DNA of 61,178 nt, counting the filler, from Sphacelaria rigidula (lineage: Eukaryota), in NCBI GenBank assembly GCA_964200075.2. It is 2 parts of 2 records of this genome, joined end to end, with 100 filler letters (N's around TTAATTAATTAA, not from the genome) between each part and the next. Parts side by side here need not be neighbours in the genome. Positions count along the whole stretch, not along the records: positions 1 to 30,612 come from CAXNAA020000059.1; 1 more part is not named here. One strand, given 5' to 3'. Each line of letters opens with the position of its first letter. Position 1 is the stretch's first letter. This document shows positions 13,501-23,482 of this stretch, piece after piece. The position numbers were made by a program, and so were the translations under genes. The notes under the pieces were generated by a model, which searched no databases, was not told the origin of the DNA, and saw only the letters and a program-made list of their open reading frames with translations.

Positions 13501-15109
13501 AAATCTTCTACATTTCGACCGCGGATCTGAAATACCACGAGAAGGGCGTGGGCTATCGTTAAAAGAACAAAATGCAACACCTACGGGCGGGTCAATTAGT
13601 AATTCTTGGACGTATCGCCGACAGCATTGGAGCAGAAAGAAGGACCCCATCCATCGACTCCCGATATATGTGTCCTGAGTTCATGTCGTGAGGTTTTCAG
13701 TACAGGTCAGTATGTCCGCGTTGTTGTGTCAAGTTTTCAACGATCTTGTATGCATTGTTCCCCGTAGTGGTGCTATCCGTAGGAACGGCGCATAACACCC
13801 CCCTGGTGACAATTTCTTCAACGTTGGTTTTCTGTAAAAGCAAGTAGCTTGCACTGCGAAACACTCCAATTTGGGGGGAAATATCAATAGCAGCTTTCCG
13901 GCAACACAATTTTCAGTGGCGCAGCTGCTGCAGGTCCAGAGAGAATGTACATCGAGAAGGGTAGCATGCGGGGGTGTTCTCACGCGTAACGTGCTCGATC
14001 ATCCCAGCATGATACATTAAAGTGCCGACTTGAGCGCTACTGGTGGCATACCGCTGCTGCTCCGCGGCCCTCTACGCTACTGTGCGGTACTGTACGGCGC
14101 TGTGCTGTCTGCACGTCTTGACGCCATGTGCGGAAGCTTTTGCGCGTGTGTTGCTGACGAGTGTTTTCAGCGACTATACCCGGCAGGCGGCCATATCACG
14201 GTGTTCATGTTGACTACAAAACCACAGACACTGGAGATTTGCACCACCCCGCACCGCCGTGGGCAGAATATCATAGATATCGTAGGAGCTGGGCCGAGCC
14301 TAAAAACGGAGTTAAGCTTTAAAAGCAATATCTCATCTAATAAAGACGAGTTAGCCCATGATCCGCATATCGTATTAATCGTATAATCAAGGAGAAGGTG
14401 CCCATCTGCTCAAAAATCTGGGCCAATTCTTCCTCGTTGATTAAACCCCATGTCTAGTAATTCCTACACCGTACGGAGATAGCGTCCACACTACAATTTC
14501 TATAAAACCCCGAACGATGCATCCAGCAGATGATGACGATTTTTGGTGTGGACCTTCCCTGGAGCAGGAGGGAGGAGATAGATACCCTCACCTCTACCCA
14601 ATTCGTTATCTATCTCGAGATATCACGCGCATAAGTTTTTATACTAAAATCAATATATTACGAGCAGAGTCACTAGATTAACGAAATCTGGATATCGCGT
14701 CTCTACTTTTGAGAGTTGTGCTATGAAATTTGGTATGAAGAACCGCTAGTGCATAATGAAAGAGATATGAAACAGCTTTAGGCTTTTTCTTCGTGTTTTT
14801 AGGGGAGTTTTGAGAAGAAATGAACATTGCTCTTGAGCCTCATCTCAATTTTTAAGCTCAATTTTCAAAAATTTGATATCAAACCTACAATGGAGAACGA
14901 CAGAGGTATGCTGAATAAAAAGAAATGGGCCTTCATTTTGGGGGGGGAGGGAGAGGTTCGGGCGTTCTCGTAAAAAAACGGTCGTTACCATACTAGAACG
15001 CCCTAAACCAGCGAATAAATAATCCAAACCAACCTTGTCTATTTCTTTTGGTTCATCATGACCTAGCGAGGGTGCGCACAAAGTTTCGGATTTTCGCCGG
15101 CCCGGTTTT

Positions 15110-15393
15110 TGGAAGATGAATTCGCAATTTTTTACTTGGAGTTGGACAGTGAAATTTGTTATGGACAATCAACAGGACACGAAGGAATGCTGTCTGTAAG
15201 GTCCCAAAGTTTTTTTTGTTTTTTTCATGAGTGAAGGGCAATAATCAACTTGAGGTTTTAGTGAAATGCCCTTGACTCACGAAAAAAAAACTTCGGGACC
15301 CCACACACAACTTTTTTTCATGCCCTGTTGATTGTCCATACCAAAAAAATTCACTGTCCAACTCCAAGTGAAAAATTGCGAATTCGCCTCCAA
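15110..15393. mobile_element. About 280-bp MITE-like palindrome
   Basis: gaattcgcaatttttacttggagttggacagtgaa pairs with ttcactgtccaactccaagtgaaaaattgcgaattc; pairing continues inward to about 15240/15266. Confidence 0.85.
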
Positions 15394-15824
15394 ACTACAA
15401 ATCCGCTTCTAGGCTGGCCCAGCCTGTAACACTTGTGGGTAATTACTTAGTCGACATAATTGTTGGCCGCCGCGCCCCGGTGATCCGACTGATACAACTG
15501 ATACACTAACGGCCCGTGAGGGCCGAAGGCTGCGGGCTCAAGGCCCGACAGGTATGGTCTGTCTGTGTAGAACGTGGTTCCTTCCTCTAGACAGAGGAAG
15601 TGAGGAGCATAGAAAATTCGAAGTTTGTTCTCTCCAGGGTATACTGGCTGAAAATCAGGTACAGGTATGTACGGAAGTATGAAAGAGGTATTTTATCGAC
15701 CAATATCCTTCCGAACCATACAGGGATATTCGGTACATCGTCCAGTACGGCTTGGTATGTCAACCAAAAATCTCCCACTTCCTGCTGTACCCTTCAGAAC
15801 ACAACCTTGATTTTGATATGATTT

Positions 15825-16050
15825 TAATTTGATTGATGGTCGCACTTCAACTGATCCCCCAGGGATCCACCCGTGGTCACATGATGTACCTGAGACAAAA
15901 CAAGACTGAAAGACTTACTGGCGAAAGAGAAGGGAAAAAGAGGAGGTAAAACAGACAGTTGAATAAGAAAAGCGAACAAAAAACTGGGAAAAGACAAGGA
16001 GAAAGAAAAAAGAAATGAAAGAAAACGAAAGAAATGGTCGGCTCCTACCA
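15825..16050 (-). mobile_element. 3' end of a non-LTR retroelement-like repeat; relatives at about 42990-43180 (+) and 44240-44380 (+)
   Basis: Shared gaccacgg.tggatccct.gg.gatcagtt.a.gtgcgac followed by an (ATCA)-type tail and preceded by a pyrimidine-rich tract. The LINE origin is an inference. Confidence 0.55.
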
Positions 16051-16587
16051 CATGGCTTCAGTGGAGAAGGTCTCACCAAGTTCAAATTCAACGAGAGTCG
16101 ACGGGCTGCGGGAGTACTCATCCAGTGCTCGACGGTGCTGCGCCAAAGTAAAAACTGAAAAAAAAAACTGAAAAAAAAAAAAAATCGGAAAGGAATCTGA
16201 AGTCTTCTCATCCCCTCGTGCATTGTTGCTGCGCCCAAGGTCGGATCTAGACTCATGGACTTGTTGATTGTGGTTTACATGACGTTTCACCGAAGTTTCA
16301 GCGCCTTGCAGCGACAACAGTGCGCGTACGACCGTGACTCCGGCGCTGAGCATCTCTACAGGCGATACCCGAATCACTCTTGTATATATTGTCATTACCC
16401 AGAGGGTGTGCCAGTACTGATCTATGTTTGTTCATCAGCACTGCGCCCTCTCAGGTGCTTATGATGTGGAAGTGAGTGCATCACCATGTCCACAAACGCA
16501 TTTACTCACAGTGCACAGAATCTGGGCTGCGATATAGTCGCTTTGAGGGCCTATCGACTGTATATCGCTATTCGTTTCTTAGTTCAA

Positions 16588-16705
16588 CCCTTTTGGAACC
16601 CACTGACGATTTTTATTTTCGTGAATCGGCATCATTTTGACTTGAAAATGACTGAGAACGATGGCAATTCACAAAAACAAAAGTCGTCAGTGGGTTCCAA
16701 AGGGG
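16588..16705. mobile_element. 118-bp piggyBac-type MITE
   Basis: tcaa|cccttttggaacccactgacga ... tcgtcagtgggttccaaagggg|ttaa; CCC...GGG ends and TTAA-like target site. Confidence 0.8.
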
Positions 16706-17809
16706 TTAAGTTGCTCGGTGGCCGAAAGGAGCTGCTCTCCGATGCACACGCTACCTGTGTTGTGTCCGACTGTTACACCAAGTTTCATGGTGCTGACTGC
16801 ACCCACGATCCAGAAATGAACAAGTAAAGTTTCCGTTCAAAAGTGCAATGGTTCTTGTATGCCAGTCAACTGCGAGCGTTCACAAATATGTGGCAGGCAT
16901 TCCGGGGTATTACTTTTGTTTTGGGCGCAAGACTGTCGATAGCACGATAGCAAGCAGGTACCGGGAGAGAGATTGATCCCTCGAGACGACGGACTCATCC
17001 TGGGAAAGGGGGGTGACTTGAGGTGTGGTGAAGAAAAATTGCTGATGTTATAGAGGACGGAAGACATCAAACTCCCAAAGTATCGTGCTCGGTTTGACAC
17101 CTCAACATCGTGTTCTAATGGAGCGGCGTTTGGCGGCACGGCCACGGCATTTGTCAAGGAGTTCGAGGTTGAAAAATAACCTCGATTTCCAGTCGACCCT
17201 TTAGGGTCGTTCGTTAACGGAGCTGTTATTCAGATCAGACTTTCGGGGGGGTAAAGACTTTCCCCCCAGAAAAATATGACAGCAGATTTCTCTACCAAGT
17301 CAAGGAATAGAACAATTTAAGCCTGAACGCATATCACTCGGGTAATCTAGCGTTGGAATTTTTTGTCAGAATTCGTTTTCTTTCTTGGAAAGTCGGAAAA
17401 GTCGGGGGAAAGTCCCGTTAATAACGACCCCTAGCGATCAATACGTTAACGACCGCAAGTGGAGACGGGATTGGCGGATTTGAAGTACATGTATACTTCA
17501 TATTTCGCAGTGTATATCCGCAAAGGCTGATTTCAATCGCATGAGCGGATAGTTCACCAGCGAAGCTGGGAATACCGAAAAGAAGTGTCAAGGAATGACA
17601 ACAAGCGAGGGAAAACGTGCCACCGATGTGATGCAACCGCACGTTACCCGTATACAACTCTTGGTCATTAACATATTCGTGTCTAGTCCAGTACGCGTTT
17701 TGCGTAAATTGGTTCAGTGTAGTAATAAGTGGCACCTCTTGAACACCGATCCCAACGCAGACCCCTTGGGGGGCAGGTCAGTCCACGCACAAACACACTG
17801 GACAATCAA

Positions 17810-18235
17810 ATCTACACGTAGAGCAGAGAGAAAACCGGCGGGAGGCTGGTTTAGGGTGAACATGCCAAATGTACTTGTCCGCAAAACCTCACGCCGGTCT
17901 GTGGAGTGAAGACTGTGACATTTTGCAGACATGTACTTTTGGCCATTACGAATCTTTTTCAGGGCGGGTTTCTTAGATTTTTTCATTTTTTTTGCAGGTC
18001 ATCGGGAGTCCCACGGTGTTGGAGGACTTGAGAAAATCACATGCCGTTATGGGACCCCCGATAACCGCAAAAGAAAAAAATCGGAGCACACCGGCGTTGA
18101 AAAATTTCGTAATGACCTAAAGTACATGTGTGCACTTCAGTCGAACACTCAAAACCGGCGTGACGTTTTGCGGATGAGTGCTCTGAAGTTTACCGTGCTG
18201 GTACAACCTCCTAACTACTCGATCTTAGTGTAGAA
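17810..18235. mobile_element. Degenerate MITE-like inverted repeat just upstream of PPR gene 1
   Basis: tccgcaaaacctcacgccggt / accggcgtgacgttttgcgga and catgtacttttggccattacgaa / ttcgtaatgacctaaagtacatg. Confidence 0.75.
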
Positions 18236-18395
18236 CGCCTTCTTAAATAATGATTGTAGCCATCCCACACGAATCTCCACACCCCGTCATCTCGACCTCG
18301 CGACCTGCAGTGCTGTTCCTTCTCAAAGTTCGCACGTCGCGTCACTCCCCGCTTCTCCACCCCTCAGGCTGCAGCGCGCCAAAACTGCGTCGGCT

Positions 18396-20321
18396 ATGGT
18401 ATTCAACTATGCATCGCACGCTGCCAAAAACTCGGCGCGCGCCCTTCGAAGCTACTCACGCTCGCCAAGTGCGCTGGATCTATCGCGCCTATGGCAAGCG
18501 AGGATGTATTCTGGTCGTTGGCCACAGGAACCTACAGGAAAACAGTCCAGCGGTGGCGATGATCGACCAGCCGCAAATCCGGAAACGCGTCTCCACATGC
18601 GCCCCTTTCCGACGGAAACCAGAGAAGACATGTCTAGACGTCCGCGGCGTGGCAGGTCAGATGTTCATGTAGAGAGGGAGTCGGGTAGGTCTTCGCGGCC
18701 GTACAGATGGCGCGGTGGCGAGAACACACCATGTGCTGGCAACGTTTCTTCCCGACACACCAAAGAGAGATCAACTGAGCGGACGGGTTCGGGTCAAGGT
18801 AGCCATCGTTTGCGGGGCGTCGGGGAGGATGTCAAGTCTATTCCAAGGGGTACGGGTTGGACAGAGTATCGGAGGCGAAAAGTAGACCCTGAACGGGGGC
18901 CGGGGGCGAGGAGGATCAGATTGCCAGCTGCGCTTGTTCGACTACAGTGGCTCTTCAATGATCGGTTGAAAGAAGCGGGGCACAATGGAAACTGGAAGGT
19001 GGCGGGGCAGGTGTTGCGGGAAGCTGCCGCGCACCCCGACGCGCCGTCTTTCGTGAACGTGCGGATGTACAACCTTGCCCTCAATGTTTTCGCCAATCGT
19101 GGCAAGTGGAAGGAGGCATTGGTGGTGTTTAATACGATGCGAGAGAAAGATATGAATCCGAATCTCTATACCTATAACACGCTTTTGAAAGCCTGTGCTA
19201 ACGCTGGGGCATGGGATCGCGCCCTGGAGTTGTTACGGAAAATGCGAGAAGAGGATGTCGCGCCCAATGTCATGAGCTACAACACGGCCATGAAAGCGTG
19301 CGGAAATGGTGGTGAGTGGCGGCGCGCGTTAGTGCTGTTGCGCCAGATTCTGTCAGAGGGCCTTACTCCCGATATCTACACGTACAATACAGCCATCAAA
19401 GCGTGCGCGGACGGTGGCGAGTGGCAGCGCGCCTTGAAAGTCTTGGGAGAGATGCGTGCGGAGAACGTCATACCTGACGTGGTGAGCTACAATACTGCCA
19501 TAGGGGGGTGCGGGAAATGCGGCCAGTGGAAGCAAGCGGTACAAGTCTTGGAGCAGATGCGCGCGGGCGGCTGTGCGCCAGACGCCACAAGTTACAACTT
19601 GACGATTAGAGCATGTGGGAAGGGTGGACAGTGGGAGGAAGCGTTGAAAGTGTTGCACAACATGGAGACGGGGGGTGTACTACCCGACGTAATGAGCTAC
19701 AACGCGGCCATTGCAGGTTGTGGAGACTGTGGGCAGTGGGAACGGGCGATTGATCTTTTACCGGAGATGCGGAAAGCGAACATCGCGCCGAACGTGGTGA
19801 GCTACAGTTCGATCATCACGGCGTGTGGAAGAGGCGGTCAGTGGCAACGGGCGTTGGACGTGTTGTCAGAGATGCAAGCAGAAGGAGTATCACCTGATGT
19901 CATCAGCTTTAATGCCGCCATCACGGCATGCGCTAACTCCGGGCAATGGGAGCAGGCACTGGATGTCTTGCGGGAGATTGAAGCCGCGGGTCTTGAGCCC
20001 AACGTTGTCAGCTATAACGCAGCTATGAAAGCATGCGAGGACAGCAGGCAGGGAGAGCACGCCGTGGATATATTGCGGCAGATGCAGGAGCGGGGCGTCG
20101 CACCGAACGTCGTGAGTTACAGCACAGCCGTCGCAGCATGCGGCAGCGAGGGGAAGTGGGACGAAGCGTTGGAAATTTTGAAGCAAATGCGAGCAGACGG
20201 CGTTATTCCCAACGAAATCAGCTACAGCACGACGCTCGATGCGTGCAGTAACTGGTGGGTACATAGACGGGCAGGCGAACATTCCGCAGCTGGCGTGGAC
20301 CGAGGGCTGCCGTCTCCGTAG
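18396..20321 (+). CDS. P-class pentatricopeptide repeat (PPR) protein, 641 aa, single exon, probably organelle-targeted
   Basis: Uninterrupted ORF with 11 complete 35-aa repeats (e.g. DVVSYNTAIGGCGKCGQWKQAVQVLEQMRAGGCAP), one degenerate N-terminal repeat and one truncated C-terminal repeat. The Arg/Ser/Ala-rich N-terminus (MVFNYASHAAKNSARALRSYSRS) resembles a mitochondrial presequence. Confidence 0.95.
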   Translation: MVFNYASHAAKNSARALRSYSRSPSALDLSRLWQARMYSGRWPQEPTGKQSSGGDDRPAANPETRLHMRPFPTETREDMSRRPRRGRSDVHVERESGRSSRPYRWRGGENTPCAGNVSSRHTKERSTERTGSGQGSHRLRGVGEDVKSIPRGTGWTEYRRRKVDPERGPGARRIRLPAALVRLQWLFNDRLKEAGHNGNWKVAGQVLREAAAHPDAPSFVNVRMYNLALNVFANRGKWKEALVVFNTMREKDMNPNLYTYNTLLKACANAGAWDRALELLRKMREEDVAPNVMSYNTAMKACGNGGEWRRALVLLRQILSEGLTPDIYTYNTAIKACADGGEWQRALKVLGEMRAENVIPDVVSYNTAIGGCGKCGQWKQAVQVLEQMRAGGCAPDATSYNLTIRACGKGGQWEEALKVLHNMETGGVLPDVMSYNAAIAGCGDCGQWERAIDLLPEMRKANIAPNVVSYSSIITACGRGGQWQRALDVLSEMQAEGVSPDVISFNAAITACANSGQWEQALDVLREIEAAGLEPNVVSYNAAMKACEDSRQGEHAVDILRQMQERGVAPNVVSYSTAVAACGSEGKWDEALEILKQMRADGVIPNEISYSTTLDACSNWWVHRRAGEHSAAGVDRGLPSP

Positions 20322-23300
20322 TTTTCGAGAGCTTGCGGGGTTGGCAGATACAGTAAACCAAGTTTGAGATTTTTCGTGGTACATATTCCCAGGTGCGCTC
20401 ACCTTAAGGCGACACGAAACTCCATGATTAACACATATATTTTTGTCGAAATTACAGTGCCGCTCACCCAAACCCCGACTCGAGGCACGCCGTACCCGAG
20501 AACGCTCGGGCAAATGGAGTGCCCCAGAGAATGCCATAGGCAACGCGTGCGTTGACAGCCCTTACAATGGTCGCGTCAAGCGCCTTTTCGGGGGAAAACG
20601 CGCATTTCGCACGCCGGTGAGCACCTGGAACTACTGTCAGCCCCCAAATATCCGGATTTAATGGTTGAACACTGAAACGAAGTTTGTGTTCAAACATGGA
20701 ATGTGGTGACGGGTTGTGCGCGAAAAAGTTTGATATGTCACGTTTTCTTGTGAAATAAGAAATGGGTGCGGCAGCTTGTATCTTGAACTCTGCTTGTCAT
20801 GTCATGCTGCATATGCCTCGTGTCTACTTCATCGATCCGACAACATCCGGCGAAGTTACGGCAGTCACACCAAAATGGGTGATTCAACCAAATTGGTTGT
20901 GTTTCTATTTACATGCACACAAAGAACATTTCTTGGAACTCTGTAACTTGGCCAGATGTAATCGAATTTTAAAACTATATGCGGCATAGTATTCCCACGA
21001 GAGCAGGGGTCCCAACACTTGAGACCTCAAGGGTTGTCCGCATGCTGCGCTGCTGGCTTGCGTCTCAGCGATTTCCACCTGTAGAAGTCCCGTTCGTGGT
21101 AGGTCCTGGTGGCTCAGGTTGACAGCAGCATATACGTACATGGATATGTTGCGTACACGAGACGCGATGGAAGCAGTGGCGTCGAGGACTTCCTACGCAA
21201 AAAAAACATGTGGTCCGTTATTATTTGGTGTCTTTTATTTTTAAATACCGAGTCGATTTTTTTGCTGTTGCTCCGGGAAATATATATTATCATGTATATG
21301 TGGCACCACCCCGCTCCACGCCGCGCTGGAAAAAAAAAAAAGAAACGATGATTTTGCGGGGAAACGCGTCGTGCTTGAATGTTGAGTTGATTTCACATGT
21401 CAACCGTGTATCGCTCCTCGTACTCGCCTGTTCATATTTTCGCTCGATCGAATCAATCTAGCTTTTTTCGGACAAATACTGTATTATCTAATTTTTTAGT
21501 GCCCAATTGCGATTCATATAGCCCCAGGTTCTCGGTTATTATTGATATGTTCGCTCGACCGAACCAATCTCGATCGTTTTGGTGAACAATTATATTTTGA
21601 GTTTTTACTCCCAACTGTCCGTTGTGCTCCAGTTGAATAATAAACTTCTTGTTGAACGACACACGGTCAAAACCACTCCCCCACAAAAAACAAACGGGCC
21701 TCCACTCCGTACTGTCCCGACAAAAAATCGGGAAACGAATGTATTGTTAACGAATTGCTTCTCCCACTATCGCCTACACTGATTCTCAAATTTTGAAAAA
21801 ATATGAAAAATCATCTGCGAACAATCCCGACCAAGTGGATTCGGTTTTAAACGTTAAGTTAACTTGACAGCTATCTGTGGCACACGAGGCAGCTGGGAAC
21901 TCCCATGTTTGGGATCATTTTCGCCAATAATGTCACCCATTTGAAGGGCTTCATGAAATCTGAAACTAAAACTATACTACAGTATTATCATAATGCGCTG
22001 TACCCTGACTGTGTGGTCATTTTTATCGTGACAATTTTGGGGCTGATTTCGGGGGGGGTATTGCGGCATCATTCCTGACCAGGTGATTTGAGCCCGAATT
22101 TCAACGCGGCTCTTGCGAGCGGGCCGGCTCTGGTATTATGTGCTTCGATAATCCTTCGAGCGCCAGCAGCAGATGAACGAATGGCAAAAAATGCCGACTG
22201 CGATCAGAGAAGTCTTCCGACAGGGCCCTGTGGACAAATCCTGCAATGCTGAAAGCTTGACGAGCGTGGCTGCTTGCCTGGCCTGCCTACGGTCTCGTTG
22301 CAAAACAGTTGGTGAACGGTGAGCCCCTGTAATGCGTCCATGTTCTTGTTTTTTTCATCACAGCAGGTGTACAATCTCGTTTTGGTTGCTTCTGATTGCT
22401 GACGGGCACATCGATGGTGCAGTTTCGCCAAGGCGCGGTACTGTATGCTCGGTACTGTACAGTAGTGCTGTATACAGCTCTACTATTTTTGAACCATATC
22501 ATACCGTCCTGCAACGGCTCGCTCGGGCATTGGTGACGCGACAATCATCGTTGGTTTCCTTGATTCAGCAACTGCTTCCGAGACAATTCTTCGCCGATGC
22601 TCCGTTGAGTGTCCTGCTTGTACGGTACAGTACCGATCCACGCAAGGTTGGGGCCTGAGATACGCCATACTACGGCGTATAACACCCCCATATATACTTC
22701 AATCTTTATTCTTTGTAATCTCTACAGTATAAGGGAGGCCCGGCACTGCCGGGACATTGTGTTTATAAAAAAACCGCAACAACAAATTTCCAATCACGCT
22801 TTCATAAGCGCCGACGCCACAGTTCTCAAGACAGTCGAGCATCAAGAAAAAAACATCGCGGAAGATGTCGCTGTGATGCGCCTTTGGCCCGCCGTTCCTG
22901 GGAATACATCATACTGTACTGTATTGGGTATTCAGTCAACCCACCAGTGAGCGCAAAACGTGCGACGTAGTGCAGTGTAGTACACTACAGTATAGTTGGG
23001 TTGAACGTGGCATGTATGGCCAGCGGGTACAATGCACACAGGTTCGTACATTTCCAGTACTACCAAGATCCGAGATACATGTCGACAACGATGGTCGCAG
23101 TAAGTCGCTCTTCTGCATGGACAGGTAGCCCTGAGCGAGTGCATCAAGTATTGAAAGACCACCCAGTGGTCTTGATTCACGAAACAGCCCGCCGCCGCCG
23201 AAGAAAGCGTTCCCGACAGCCGTCGGTTTCACCACATTGATCTGCTAGTTCATGAATGGGTCGATAGTCGATACACTTCTCGTACCGCCACCTTGCGTGC

Positions 23301-23482
23301 CTCCCACGCCAATGCGTTCAGAGTCCAGATATGGTCTCATCAACTGCTGCTACTCGTATGCCAAAGTGTGTCCGCCACGAGTGCAATACCCAACACGAAA
23401 CCCCGCCCCCCGCCCGGCCCCCCTCCTTCTTCTCAACTCTCCTCATTCCCCTCCCTGCAGCGACGGCAGCGCCGCGCTGCCG

